Shown: positions 36,908-46,898 of the stretch, in pieces | How the letters are laid out: each line of letters starts with the position of its first letter | Numbering within the stretch: position 1 is the stretch's first letter | Source: an uncultured Methanosarcinales archaeon | GTDB taxonomy: Archaea; Nanobdellota; Nanobdellia; Woesearchaeales; GW2011-AR9 | Length of the DNA stretch: 64,000 nt | Reading direction: 5' to 3' | Assembly: GCA_964343575.1 (NCBI GenBank) | Contig: CAYFJV010000002.1 | Location: 395,809-459,808 of the forward strand | Notes under the pieces: generated by a model | Told to the model about the DNA's origin: nothing | The model's input: the letters and a program-made list of their open reading frames with translations, nothing else | The model's database searches: none | Translations under genes and position numbers: made by a program

Positions 36908-37252
36908 ATGACTTATGATGGCCATGGTTTGCATCATGCGCATAGACGTAAACGAATTGCGCAAAAAAAAGAGAAGTTTCCTCACCCAGATAAATTGAAA
37001 CGTTTTACGGATAGAGGAATTTATTTTATTGGAATCTTTGGTCCTTTAATGACTCTTCCTCAGCTTGTGAAAGTTTTTGCCCAGCAAAATGCGGGTGGTC
37101 TTTCTTTGCTTACCTGGGTAGCTTATCTTTTCTGTGCTAGTTTTTGGCTTGCCTATGGCTTTATGCACCGTGAGAAGCCAATCATTTTTACTTACACTTT
37201 GTGGATCCTTCTTGATATTGCTATCATTGTTGGAATTTTTATGTATGGTTAA
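36908..37252 (+). CDS. SemiSWEET/PQ-loop family small membrane transporter
   Basis: About 3-TM protein with a PQ motif (LMTLPQLVKVF) in TM1 and LW(I)L..G; size typical of SemiSWEET. Confidence 0.55.
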   Translation: MTYDGHGLHHAHRRKRIAQKKEKFPHPDKLKRFTDRGIYFIGIFGPLMTLPQLVKVFAQQNAGGLSLLTWVAYLFCASFWLAYGFMHREKPIIFTYTLWILLDIAIIVGIFMYG

Positions 37253-37497
37253 GCGGCTTACGGTGGAATTCTTTAGGAAAGCTTTAAAAGTGGAGCGAGG
37301 GTTTGAATCCTTATAGACACAGCTGAAGAAGTGATCCATATTGAAACAATGGATCTTTGGCAGAAGCAGAGAAGTATCGAAATTTACTCTTTCTGTTTCA
37401 CCTTAACGAAATGCTTTGCTCACTCTTATTGGTTTTAAGTTTGACAAGAGAAAATCGTATTCTTTGGCTCTGAAAAATAACGCAGAGGAAAATACAA

Positions 37498-38820
37498 ATG
37501 ATAAATAATGAAGTTACTTTTGCATCACTTGGTGTAAAAGAAGAAATTGTAAAAGCGCTCAAAGAGCAAAACATCTACAACCCAACTAACATTCAAGAAC
37601 AAGCAATTCCGCTTGTACACAAAGGACATGATCTGGTTGGAATTTCTCGAACTGGAAGTGGAAAGACGCTTTCTTTTGGGGTTCCGCTTCTTGAACAGAT
37701 GGAAGCTGGACGAGGTATTCAAGGACTTGTACTTGCGCCAACTCGTGAGATTGCAAACCAAATCTCTCAAGAGATGCAAAAGTGGAGTAAATATTTGAAC
37801 ATTAGCATTGCTACTATCTTTGGTGGTGTTGCGATGGGCCCACAAGAGCGAGCAATGGAGCGTTCAGAAGTGGTGGTTGGAACTCCTGGGAGAGTTCTTG
37901 ATCATTTAGGTCGAGGAAATCTTAAAGTTGATGCTCTCAAATGTTTTGTTCTGGATGAAGCAGACAAAATGGTTGAGATGGGTTTTATTGAAGATATTGA
38001 ACAAGTAGCTTCTGCACTTCCAGCAGAGCGACAAATTATGCTTTTTGGAGCAACTATCTCAAGTGAGATTGATTACTTTAAACAAAAGTACATGCACAAT
38101 GTTGCTAAAGCAGAAGCAGAACTTCATGTTAAAGAAGATTTGCTTAAGCAGTTTTATTATAATGTAAGAACCCATGAGAAGTTTTCTTTGCTAGTGCACT
38201 TGCTCAAAGTTGAAGCAGGGGAAGCTGGTCGAGTAATTATCTTTTGTTCCAAACGAAGCACAGTTGATCTTGTTCACCACAACTTACGGGAGAATGGTGT
38301 GAAAGCAGAAATGCTTCATGGAAAGATGACGCAGAACAAACGTCTTCATGTTATTGAACGTTTCAATGGTGGGAAAACTCACGTTCTTGTTGCTTCAGCG
38401 GTTGCTGCTCGTGGTCTTGACATTCAAGATGTAACTCATGTTTACAACTATGACTTGCCTCGTGACCCGCAAGAGTATGTGCACCGTGTTGGACGTACTG
38501 CTCGTGCTGGACAATCCGGAAAAGCAATTACTTTGCTAGCTCCAAGTGATCACGGATTTTTTCATGCAATCTTGGATAGGTATCCAATTGATGTAGAAGA
38601 ATTATCTGCTGGAGAGTTTAAGAAAGTTCGATTTAGCACCCAAATTGCTGGTCGTGGTGGCTCTGGTCGTGGAAGAACTGGGCACGGATTTCGTGGACGT
38701 TCTCGTCACTTTGGAAATGGTGGGGGACGTTCAGGTGGTCGTTCAGGAGGACGTGGCGGCTCTGGTCGAGGAGGATCTGGAAGAGGTCGTGGACCTCGAA
38801 GACCACGAAGAGAAGAGTAG
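37498..38820 (+). CDS. DEAD-box ATP-dependent RNA helicase with an RGG/RGR-rich C-terminal tail
   Basis: Q motif, GSGKT, PTRELA, DEAD (VLDEADKM), GAT, HRVGRTARAG; Gly-Arg-rich tail. Confidence 0.9.
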   Translation: MINNEVTFASLGVKEEIVKALKEQNIYNPTNIQEQAIPLVHKGHDLVGISRTGSGKTLSFGVPLLEQMEAGRGIQGLVLAPTREIANQISQEMQKWSKYLNISIATIFGGVAMGPQERAMERSEVVVGTPGRVLDHLGRGNLKVDALKCFVLDEADKMVEMGFIEDIEQVASALPAERQIMLFGATISSEIDYFKQKYMHNVAKAEAELHVKEDLLKQFYYNVRTHEKFSLLVHLLKVEAGEAGRVIIFCSKRSTVDLVHHNLRENGVKAEMLHGKMTQNKRLHVIERFNGGKTHVLVASAVAARGLDIQDVTHVYNYDLPRDPQEYVHRVGRTARAGQSGKAITLLAPSDHGFFHAILDRYPIDVEELSAGEFKKVRFSTQIAGRGGSGRGRTGHGFRGRSRHFGNGGGRSGGRSGGRGGSGRGGSGRGRGPRRPRREE

Positions 38821-39078
38821 ATTTTCTTATTTTTCTTGGCGCTGGCGGAGCGGGATCTGAGGTACTCCTGTTTGCTTTCCCTTTCTCTTATTGAGAAAAG
38901 AGCTCCCAGGAGATTCGCTTCTCTTTCTTGATTTTCCCAGCACATACGCCAGCGCGCCAAGAGGGTCGTTTCTTTAATAGAAGCATTTAAATATGATTTT
39001 TCCTATTTGGGTGGCTGTTGGCAGCTCTTTGGCCAGCGATGTGTTTTGGGCCCTGGGCCTTAAAGGAGAGTAACTAAA
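38821..39078 (+). promoter_or_regulatory. structured 5' leader upstream of cspA with nested long-range inverted repeats
   Basis: CTTGGCGCTGGCG (about 38833) pairs with CGCCAGCGCGCCAAG (about 38935); inner CTCCTG/CAGGAG; GGCCCTGGGCC palindrome; SD-like GGAGAG before the ATG. Confidence 0.4.
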
Positions 39079-39393
39079 ATGAATGGAACAGTAAAATTTT
39101 ACAACCGTAAGAAAGGTTTTGGTTTTATCACCGCGGAAGATGGTAACGATTATTTCGTTCACGTAAGTGCTCTTGAAGAAGGTGTTGTTCTTCGAGATAA
39201 CGATGTGGTTAGCTTTGATGTTGAAGATGGCCAACGTGGACCTAAAGCAGTTAATGTACGATTAACACAAAAAGCTTCTGAGCGAGAAGGCGTAGATGCT
39301 CCAATGGATGCTGGGCATGATGGTCACGATGAAGCTCCTGCTCCTGCAGAAGAAGGGGAAGCTATGTCAGAAGATTCTGGTGATGAGCAGTAA
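39079..39393 (+). CDS. cspA: cold-shock protein (CspA family, cold-shock domain) with an acidic C-terminal extension
   Basis: MNGTVKFYNRKKGFGFI...DYFVHVSAL RNP1/RNP2-type CSD motifs. Confidence 0.85.
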   Translation: MNGTVKFYNRKKGFGFITAEDGNDYFVHVSALEEGVVLRDNDVVSFDVEDGQRGPKAVNVRLTQKASEREGVDAPMDAGHDGHDEAPAPAEEGEAMSEDSGDEQ

Positions 39394-39481
39394 ACAAGCC
39401 GCTGCTTTTTCTCACTTTTTAATTTCTCGTTTTTTATTTTCTTCCCTATGTTTTATATCTATCTTTCAAAGTTAGAGAAAA

Positions 39482-40213
39482 ATGAATGACAATTTAGGGC
39501 TTTTAGAGCGGAACTTTAATCGTGATGCTGATTCTGGTGGAGTTTCTTTAAGGGATTCAAGAGTTCAATATTTTTGGCAAGATTGCTTGGCTAGAAAACC
39601 ATTTGAAGTTTGTGGTGAAAGAGAGGGTGTGATCATTGGGGGAAAGTGCTTTCATGGTGGCAATGCAGCATTGTCTGGAATTTTGAGGTATTTGTTTGAG
39701 GCCTTGCCTAAGGGGGTGTTTTTGGATCTTGGTTCGGGTAGTGGAGAGAATGTAATTTATGCTGCTCAACAGGGTTGGCGATCTTTTGGTATTGAGCTTT
39801 CTTCTCCAGCGTATGATTTTTCTTTGGACAATATTACTCTTGCAGAAAGTGCGGGATATATCCCAGCTGGCCTTGCTAGGATTGCAAGGGGAAGTTTTTT
39901 TCCTGCAGATTTTCAAGTTTCTCGATCTGCTCTTGCTGGGCAAGATGAATTTAGGAAACGCTTAGAAGCTCTTTATGATGGAGCTCCTTGCTCTGATCCT
40001 TACAAAGAACTTGGGATTGACCTGGAAGAAGTTGACCTTTTTTATCATTTCCAAGTTGAGAGAAAAGATAATATTGCTCGTCTTTTCAGCGAAAGGGCAA
40101 GAAGAGGTGCAAAGCTTTTGTTGGTTTCCACTTTCAGAGATACTTTTTCTTTGCCAGAGAACCTTGTTCTTGTGGATGCTTTTGGCCCTAAGAAATTGTA
40201 TGAAAGAGCTTAG
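39482..40213 (+). CDS. putative SAM-dependent methyltransferase-like protein
   Basis: Motif I-like VFLDLGSGSGENVIYAA...FGIELS. Confidence 0.45.
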   Translation: MNDNLGLLERNFNRDADSGGVSLRDSRVQYFWQDCLARKPFEVCGEREGVIIGGKCFHGGNAALSGILRYLFEALPKGVFLDLGSGSGENVIYAAQQGWRSFGIELSSPAYDFSLDNITLAESAGYIPAGLARIARGSFFPADFQVSRSALAGQDEFRKRLEALYDGAPCSDPYKELGIDLEEVDLFYHFQVERKDNIARLFSERARRGAKLLLVSTFRDTFSLPENLVLVDAFGPKKLYERA

Positions 40214-40282
40214 TTTTTCTTTTTTCTCGATCGTGGCGTTTTTGGTGAAAAATATTTAAACAATCGAACCTTCCTTTCCATT

Positions 40283-41542
40283 ATGAGGTGGATTTTGTTC
40301 TTGGTTTTTATGTTCTCATTCTTTTTAGTTTCTTGTTCTTCTCCCGCTTCTTTTGATAGTTCTCTTGTTGGAGAAGTAATGGAGAGTGAAGAAAGTTTTG
40401 TTGAGGAGAAGAAAGGATCTGAGCTTGATATCTTTGAAGAAGAAGCCGCAAGTGAGCTTGTTGATGTTCAAGAAAATGAAGCTGTTGTAGAAGATCAATT
40501 TAGATTAGAAATTCCAACTGCTACTGAACGCACGAGGCTTCCTTCTTGTGATGGACTTTCTTTCACCACTTTTCCTGTAGATATGGATGAAGTGAGCGGT
40601 ATCACTCCCTTGGGTAACCTTGGACCTCCTGGGCATACTTTTCCAACTGATCATCCGCACTTGCACCTTGGAGAATATGGAGATGAGCTTGCTTACTCTG
40701 TCTTTTCTCCTGCTGATGTCTATTTGACTTTAGTTTCTTGGGGAGATGGCATGACAGATGATCCAAGAGATTACACCATTTATTTTGCTTTATGTCAGGA
40801 TGTCATTGCTTATTATAATCATGTGAAAACTGTTTCAGATGAGGTGCAAGAGATTTTAGATGAGGTGGAGTGTGAAGATTTTAGTACTGGAGGGGATGGT
40901 TGTACTAAAGTTATTGACCTGGAGTTTGTTGAGGAAGGCAACCTTATTGGGACAGTAGGTCATAAACAAGGAAATTTTGATTTTGGTTTGATTGATCTGC
41001 GTGTAGATTTAGATTTTGTTAGCCCAGAAAAATATGCTGAGCGTTCAAGACACATTCAGTGCGCTTTTGATTATTATCCTGATGAGATGAAAAGTGTTTT
41101 TTATGATTTGCTTATTCGGGATGATGGCAGTTGTAGCACAACTATGCAGGACCTTCCTGGAACTTTAAAGGGGAATTGGTTTCATTCATCTGTTTCTGGT
41201 TTTGATGTTGATTGGGATATGCATCTTGCTTTTGTAGAAGAGTATGAGTTTTCTGAAGTGCAAGTTGTCTCTGTTGCAGGCATTTTTACAGATCCAGGAA
41301 AATTTGAGTTTAGTCCTCGCAGTTCTGGAAATATTAATCGAGATTTTGCCCAAGTTGGGGCTGATGGTGTTTATGGTGAGATCTATTGTTATCAGTCTGA
41401 AGAGCTGAGGAGTTTTCAGCCAGGAGCTTCTGGGAAAATTGTAGTACGTATGCTTGATGAAGAAACTTTAGAGATTGAACATCAAGAAGGAAGTTGTAAT
41501 GGGGATGAGCAGTTGTTAAAGCCTGAGATCTATGTGAGGTAG
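40283..41542 (+). CDS. secreted, lipoprotein-like acidic Cys-containing protein, function unknown
   Basis: Signal peptide with an LVSCSS lipobox-like motif; D/E-rich; 419 aa. Confidence 0.5.
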   Translation: MRWILFLVFMFSFFLVSCSSPASFDSSLVGEVMESEESFVEEKKGSELDIFEEEAASELVDVQENEAVVEDQFRLEIPTATERTRLPSCDGLSFTTFPVDMDEVSGITPLGNLGPPGHTFPTDHPHLHLGEYGDELAYSVFSPADVYLTLVSWGDGMTDDPRDYTIYFALCQDVIAYYNHVKTVSDEVQEILDEVECEDFSTGGDGCTKVIDLEFVEEGNLIGTVGHKQGNFDFGLIDLRVDLDFVSPEKYAERSRHIQCAFDYYPDEMKSVFYDLLIRDDGSCSTTMQDLPGTLKGNWFHSSVSGFDVDWDMHLAFVEEYEFSEVQVVSVAGIFTDPGKFEFSPRSSGNINRDFAQVGADGVYGEIYCYQSEELRSFQPGASGKIVVRMLDEETLEIEHQEGSCNGDEQLLKPEIYVR

Positions 41543-41634
41543 TTTCTCTAGTTTGTTTTTTGTTTGTGCTTATGGTGTAGAGAGGTGGTTATTTTTACCG
41601 AAAAGTTTAAATACTACTCTGCAGGGACAAATTT

Positions 41635-41961
41635 ATGGAAAGACATGAAGTTGTATCTAGAATACTGCAAGCTGTAAGAGTTTCCTCTAGTCAAGTAGAT
41701 TTGGTTGGAAGAGTTTTAGCTTTGGAAGGAGATGATAGAGTTCACTCTATAGGTTTGCACCACGGCACTGTTGGTTATGGTGGTCTTTCAGCGCAGGTTT
41801 ACCTTTCTGATGATTTTCAAGATGTTGGAGAGTTTAGAGGCTACTTAGAGGGCCATGCATTACCTACGGAGAGGACGAGGGAAAAAAATGGAACTTACTT
41901 CCTTGTGAATGACGGGGTAAAAGTTGAATTCTTTGTACCAGATTTTTACCCCCCAAGATAA
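41635..41961 (+). CDS. hypothetical protein
   Basis: 108-aa ORF. Confidence 0.35.
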   Translation: MERHEVVSRILQAVRVSSSQVDLVGRVLALEGDDRVHSIGLHHGTVGYGGLSAQVYLSDDFQDVGEFRGYLEGHALPTERTREKNGTYFLVNDGVKVEFFVPDFYPPR

Positions 41962-42007
41962 ATTCTCTTTGTTAACCTTGGATAGATGAAGGTGGAGTTG
42001 TTAGTTT

Positions 42008-42568
42008 TTGAAGTGTATAAGAGGTAGCTTTTTATTGATTGAAAAGATTGCACTTAGGATGTTGAAGAAAAAAGTTGTGGTAAAGGATGCTTTACAGAAA
42101 GGTTATACTTATTATCTCACTAAAGCTGTTGGAAGGAATTTTGATTCTGAGTTTAAACCGGAGCTGAGTCCTAAACAAATGCTTGCTCTTGGTATCTTTA
42201 GTGGAAGGTATTTGAATAATTGTAAAAAGGAGTTTCCAGCCTCTTGGTTTGTTAGGGCGAAGTTGAGTGATGATCCTAAAGGAGATCCTTCTTTGAATTA
42301 CTTTGGCATTAAAGCTTCGCAGCCTTGGAAGGTCTGGAAGGATAAAGGCTGGTTACACCCTGATGATCCTCGTGGCTGGTTTCAGTGGTACTGTCGCTAT
42401 TACCTAGGAAGGCGCCATGAAGATGATGCTCGGCAAATTAAGCGTTGGAAAGCAATGAAACGTCATGTCGCCCAAGTAAAGAAACATTGTAAGGTTGGGG
42501 ATTTTGCTTGTAGGCCTAAGCAGCGCCAAGCTCTCTTACATTGGGCTTACGATAGCAGAAAGTTGTAA
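42008..42568 (+). CDS. hypothetical Trp-rich basic protein (true start probably the internal ATG at MLKKK)
   Basis: ORF begins with TTG; W/K/R-rich; no recognised motif. Confidence 0.4.
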   Translation: MKCIRGSFLLIEKIALRMLKKKVVVKDALQKGYTYYLTKAVGRNFDSEFKPELSPKQMLALGIFSGRYLNNCKKEFPASWFVRAKLSDDPKGDPSLNYFGIKASQPWKVWKDKGWLHPDDPRGWFQWYCRYYLGRRHEDDARQIKRWKAMKRHVAQVKKHCKVGDFACRPKQRQALLHWAYDSRKL

Positions 42569-42707
42569 TTCTTCAATTGTTTGGCTTTTTGTGTTGTGTG
42601 CCGTTGGTGGGGATAAACTTAATATAGCTCTTTTTCTTTATTTGCTTTAGAGGTGGCGAGCAATTAGAAATTGCTGAAGCTATTTTTAGGTCGTTGCCCA
42701 AAAAGAG

Positions 42708-42977
42708 GTGTTTATGATGGCAAAAAGAAAAACTGTGAAAAGAAAAAGTTCTACTCGAAGGGCGAGCTCCAAGATGAGTGGTGCAAGTATGGTATGTAAG
42801 ACTCCTGAGATGGATTGTAACTCAGGTGGGATGTTTTATGTGTTGGGTTTTATTGGAGCTTTTGTGTATTATGTATCTGTTGCAAACGGTTTTTGGATGG
42901 GTGTTGCAGGGTTCTTTAAAGCATTGGTGTGGCCGGCGTTTTTAGTGTTTAAGTTGCTTGTAATGCTTGGGGCTTAG
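42708..42977 (+). CDS. small hypothetical membrane protein
   Basis: 89 aa, basic N-terminus then 2 TM. Confidence 0.35.
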   Translation: MFMMAKRKTVKRKSSTRRASSKMSGASMVCKTPEMDCNSGGMFYVLGFIGAFVYYVSVANGFWMGVAGFFKALVWPAFLVFKLLVMLGA

Positions 42978-42997
42978 CTTCTTTTTTTAATGATTTT

Positions 42998-43300
42998 TCA
43001 AAATTTTTCTTTTCCAATCCATTTTACAAAGAGATTGTAAAGAGTTGCTCCAACTATTCCTGTGATGAAACCAAATGTTGCTGCAATGAGCGGCATCCCA
43101 AGAAGAGCTCCAAAAGCAAGCACTGTGCCTTCACTTAAGCCGGGTGTTTCTGTAGAAATGAGCCATCCGAGACTTACAAATAGATCAATAAAAAATCCTC
43201 CAAATGAGTATATGACTCCTGCAAGGAGCCCAAGGAGTGCAAAGATAAGGGCTTGGAACTTTGCGTAATCGAGAATGTTTATTTTAGAATTCTTTTTCAT
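42998..43300 (-). CDS. small hypothetical membrane protein (3 TM)
   Basis: 100-aa hydrophobic ORF. Confidence 0.45.
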   Translation of the reverse strand: MKKNSKINILDYAKFQALIFALLGLLAGVIYSFGGFFIDLFVSLGWLISTETPGLSEGTVLAFGALLGMPLIAATFGFITGIVGATLYNLFVKWIGKEKF

Positions 43301-43365
43301 TTTGCTTGGCGGGTAGTTGCTTGATGTTTAAAGTTGTTGTTATCCGATTGTAAGCATTAATTTGT

Positions 43366-43719
43366 TCATTCTCTTCTTAGAATCTTCTCCATAGCCTTTC
43401 CTTTAGCTAACTCATCAATAAGCTTATCCAAATAGCGAATCTCTCGCATTGTTTCTTCTTCAATTTCCTCTATTCGAATTCCACAAACTACGCCTTTAAT
43501 CAAATTTCTTTTGGGATTTAACTTTGGAGCTTTTGCAAAGAAGGTTTCAAAATCTGTTTTCTTTTCTAATGCTATCTCTAGTTGTTTTTGAGTGTAACCA
43601 GTTAACCAGCGAATGATCTTGTCAACTTCTGCTTTAGTCCTTCCTTTTTTCTCTGCTTTAGTGATGTAGTGGGGATAGACACTAGCAAAACTCATTGAAT
43701 AAATTCTGTGTTTTTTCAT
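43366..43719 (-). CDS. conserved hypothetical protein, DUF2200-like
   Basis: [30 protein letters not shown] ... [12 protein letters not shown] ... [15 protein letters not shown] pattern recalled from the DUF2200 family. Confidence 0.45.
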   Translation of the reverse strand: MKKHRIYSMSFASVYPHYITKAEKKGRTKAEVDKIIRWLTGYTQKQLEIALEKKTDFETFFAKAPKLNPKRNLIKGVVCGIRIEEIEEETMREIRYLDKLIDELAKGKAMEKILRRE

Positions 43720-43843
43720 CTTCTTCCCTCCTAGTTGTTTAGTTTAATAATTTTTTAGTTAATTTTTTTATGTATAGTAAGCTCTGTTTTAGTTTTTGGA
43801 AATTTCTCCCTCTTTTTTTACTTTTGTATCCTTAAAATTGTTT

Positions 43844-43907
43844 GGCATAACGATGTTATATTCTGGACTTCATGTTCGGAGCAATCTGAGCATAGCGAAG
43901 ATTGAAG
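43844..43907 (+). repeat. repeat element copy A (degenerate): ATAACGATGTTAT box present, hairpin decayed
   Basis: GGCATAACGATGTTATA followed by a decayed stem and a ...GCATAGCGAAGATTGAAG tail homologous to the other copies. Confidence 0.6.
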
Positions 43908-44027
43908 TATGACTTAGAGAAAAAGCTTTTTGCGAATATATTATAAGTTGTCTAATTAAAATGAATTGAAATATTTTTGCTACTTGTGAATGGATAAATT
44001 TATAATTGGAATTAATACCCAACCAGT

Positions 44028-44597
44028 ATGTCAAAATTATATCGTTTAGAAAATGGGGTCATTGAGATAATTGATGGTAATATTGCTGATTATGTTGGAG
44101 TAGAATCTTTAGTTTGTCCCACAACCCCAGGTTTGTTGATTGGAAATGTAGGAACGACTCGTGCCATAAAGGACAGGGCAGGTAGAGAATTTTTGGAAGA
44201 TGTCGATGAATTGCGCAGAAGAATAGGGTCGGCTCATCCCCAAGATGCATACGTGGTTAAACCAGGAAACATTCCAATTGATCGGATAGTTTTATCTGTA
44301 TGTGGATATGATCACAGAACCCCTTCAAGTGGAGTGTCATCTAATCCAGACATGGTACAGGGGGCAACAATGAATGCGTTACGGGTAGCACACGAAGCTG
44401 GTCTCAAGTCAATCGGATTCTCAGCACTAGGAACTGGAAACGGTGGAGTTTCCTTAGATGATGGCATTTCAAGAATGTTACATGAGTTTGGGAAACATTT
44501 ATTGGGAAAAACTTCAATGGAGAAACTTGGACTAATTCTTTATGGTAGTAGGGCATATTCAGTTGCACAGAAACATGCAGATGCGATGCTGACATAA
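44028..44597 (+). CDS. macro domain protein (ADP-ribose binding or processing)
   Basis: N-terminal I.IIDGNIADY..VESLVCPTTPGLLIGNVGTTRAIKDRAG and a later SIGFSALGTGNGGVS correspond to the macro-domain Gly-rich and catalytic loops. Confidence 0.55.
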   Translation: MSKLYRLENGVIEIIDGNIADYVGVESLVCPTTPGLLIGNVGTTRAIKDRAGREFLEDVDELRRRIGSAHPQDAYVVKPGNIPIDRIVLSVCGYDHRTPSSGVSSNPDMVQGATMNALRVAHEAGLKSIGFSALGTGNGGVSLDDGISRMLHEFGKHLLGKTSMEKLGLILYGSRAYSVAQKHADAMLT

Positions 44598-44636
44598 TGC
44601 CGTCCAACTAAAAACTTTTTCTCAAGTAATAATCCC

Positions 44637-44705
44637 ACTTAACGATGTTATGCCCCCTGGACTTTATGTCCAGGTCGAGGCGCAGCCGAGAAGTTAGAAG
44701 TTGGT
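44637..44705 (+). repeat. repeat element copy B (type 1)
   Basis: CTTAACGATGTTATG, hairpin CCTGGAC-TTTAT-GTCCAGG, tail TCGAGGCGCAGCCGAGAAGTTAGAAGTTGG. Confidence 0.8.
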
Positions 44706-44727
44706 AATAGTTAACTATAAGTGCACG

Positions 44728-45504
44728 CTATTTAGTCATTACAAAAATTTTGCAAGGTACGTTAAATTGAATGTCTTCTTTATGTTCTTGGAATTTTAGA
44801 GATTTTCTTAATATTTTAGGAAATCTTTTTCTAATGAATTCATTTAGGTAACGTAGTTTTTCTTTGTCATTGTGAAGTTCAGATTCTAATATCTTCTTAG
44901 AAGAAAATCTGTAGTCTATAGTATGAAATTCTTTGATTTTAGTAAAGTTTGCTTTTTTCATGGTTTCCAAAAATTCATCTTCTCTAAAGAAGTATCTTTT
45001 TCTTATAAGCATTTCAAAACCAGCAAGTTCGTCTTTCTTTCTGATAATATCTTGAAATAACATTTGATTTTCACCATTAAACATTATATTCCAAATAACT
45101 AACTTGCCATTTGGTTTTAAAATTCTAAATACTTCTTTAGAAATTTTTAATTGTTCATTTTTGGATACTTCATGTAAACCCATTTTAATGACTACTTTAT
45201 CAAAAAATTCATTTTCATAATTTGATTTATGGAGAGATTCAACGACAAAATGATCTTTTGCAAGTTTTGGAAGATTTTCTCTTGCTCTTTTTATCTGAAC
45301 TTCACTCTTATCTAAAAGAAAAAGATTGACAGCATTTTCTTTCTCTAAAATTCCCTTGCCTACCGCACCATAACCGCACATGGCGTCAAGAATTGTTTCA
45401 TTTGGTTTGGGATCTATTGCTTCAATTAATTTAGCCCAATCGTCTGGTTTTATACTATGTATCTGTTCATATGAAACAATCCTTATATCATATCCATGCG
45501 CCAT
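44728..45504 (-). CDS. class I SAM-dependent methyltransferase
   Basis: Motif I ILDAMCGYGAVG, post I LLDKS, motif IV-like LKPNGKLVIWN. Confidence 0.7.
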   Translation of the reverse strand: MAHGYDIRIVSYEQIHSIKPDDWAKLIEAIDPKPNETILDAMCGYGAVGKGILEKENAVNLFLLDKSEVQIKRARENLPKLAKDHFVVESLHKSNYENEFFDKVVIKMGLHEVSKNEQLKISKEVFRILKPNGKLVIWNIMFNGENQMLFQDIIRKKDELAGFEMLIRKRYFFREDEFLETMKKANFTKIKEFHTIDYRFSSKKILESELHNDKEKLRYLNEFIRKRFPKILRKSLKFQEHKEDIQFNVPCKIFVMTK

Positions 45505-45572
45505 TATTTGATTAAAATTTTTGTAACTTTAAAAAGCTTAGCGTGCACTACATACTACCAACTTCTAATTGA

Positions 45573-45622
45573 GCTTAACGACGTTATGCTTTCTGCGAAG
45601 CAGATCGAGCAAAGTGAGAAGT
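45573..45622 (+). repeat. repeat element copy C (variant with a short GAA-loop hairpin)
   Basis: GCTTAACGACGTTATG, hairpin TCTGC-GAA-GCAGA, tail TCGAGCAAAGTGAGAAGTT. Confidence 0.7.
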
Positions 45623-45707
45623 TTTCTTACTGTATTTGCCAACTAATTAATAACTGCTTTAGCAGACAAAATATGCGTAGCATGGGGGGAGTTCCAAATA
45701 ATTAATA

Positions 45708-46439
45708 TTAGTAATTAGTACAAAAATCTATGAATGCTCTTCCTAATGGAGTTAACCTTCCGGAGACAATACGAAAACCCATTGAAGATGTCATTGTTCC
45801 AAATATGCTTTTATCTGTATTAAATAATCCCATCTGATAGATTTCTCCATATGCGGATTTGATCATATCTAAATCAATCCCAGGTAGAGCCGCTTGAAAA
45901 ACTTTTCCAATTGCAGCCATTTGAACTGGATCTTTATCTAAATTATGAAACTCAAAATAAGCATCTGGATTATTAGATATAGAAATAATTCTTAAGTGTA
46001 GATCACTTAAATTGTTAACTAGATGTAAAAAATATTCTTTTTGCTCACTTTTTAGATTATATCTTAAAGAATTTATGATTATTCCTTTGTAACAGAATAT
46101 TTTTTGTTTTTGGTAATTTGATAAGACACCTCTTATAGATTCTTCAAAAATAAATGCAAATTCTTCTGTTTTTATATAATCAACATTTGTAGAATTAATC
46201 TGTTGGTGGTGTTCTTCAAGTTTAATTGTCAAATCTCTAATAAAATTATGGAGGCGCTTCTCTTTTTTTTTAGGAATGTAATCTCCAATTAATGAAGATA
46301 TTGGACCACCAATTAGTGGGATTGCAGAAAGGCTCGCTTTAATTACATTTACAAAATGATCTCTTGCTGGAGTGTGATCTAATGATGGCTTTATACTAAA
46401 TTCTACACCTTTAACAATTTCAACTTTATTTTCATTCAT
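45708..46439 (-). CDS. hypothetical protein
   Basis: 243-aa ORF, overlaps the start of the downstream gene by 4 bp (operon). Confidence 0.5.
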   Translation of the reverse strand: MNENKVEIVKGVEFSIKPSLDHTPARDHFVNVIKASLSAIPLIGGPISSLIGDYIPKKKEKRLHNFIRDLTIKLEEHHQQINSTNVDYIKTEEFAFIFEESIRGVLSNYQKQKIFCYKGIIINSLRYNLKSEQKEYFLHLVNNLSDLHLRIISISNNPDAYFEFHNLDKDPVQMAAIGKVFQAALPGIDLDMIKSAYGEIYQMGLFNTDKSIFGTMTSSMGFRIVSGRLTPLGRAFIDFCTNY

Positions 46440-46798
46440 TTTCTTTCTTCACGATAAAGCCAAACCCCTACTATTGTTAAGAAAAGGCTTGCGATGTACC
46501 AGATAATATAGGCCCAGTGGAATTGAGCTGAAAAGAGAATTGGCAATGAAATTCCGATGATCAATGAAAGAATCCCTGCCCAAACTAAAACTAATGGCAT
46601 ACCCCCTTTGTCATGTACTTTTACTGTTTCAGAAGCAATTACTTTTGTAAATTTTCCTAATTCAGCCATTGCAGATGATTCTTGGCTTCTTTCATCATTT
46701 TGACATTCCATGCATAAGGGTAAATTAAAATTTTTCTTTGAGAATTTGAAAACTTTTTCAGAGATATTTTTCTTACACTTGTTACAATATAACACCAT
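46436..46798 (-). CDS. zinc-ribbon plus 2-TM small membrane protein
   Basis: CNKC...CMEC four-Cys N-terminus followed by 2 hydrophobic helices. Confidence 0.5.
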   Translation of the reverse strand: MVLYCNKCKKNISEKVFKFSKKNFNLPLCMECQNDERSQESSAMAELGKFTKVIASETVKVHDKGGMPLVLVWAGILSLIIGISLPILFSAQFHWAYIIWYIASLFLTIVGVWLYREERK

Positions 46799-46898
46799 GA
46801 TCTAGTTATGTAACTAATCTTTATTAAATATTATCATTCTACAGGAACTCCCCTCATTTTTAAAAGTTGGCAAATACTTTTTACAGTAAGAAAATTAA

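Noticed and set aside
37280-37320. Possible tRNA, suggested by GGGTTTGAATCC (T-arm-like) in the intergenic region
   Set aside because: The flanking sequence cannot form acceptor, D or anticodon stems, so it is not a tRNA.
38706-38960. ORF 38706..38960 (-) encoding a PRPE-repeat peptide
   Set aside because: It is antisense to the GGR-repeat tail of the DEAD-box helicase and the csp leader, a low-complexity artefact.
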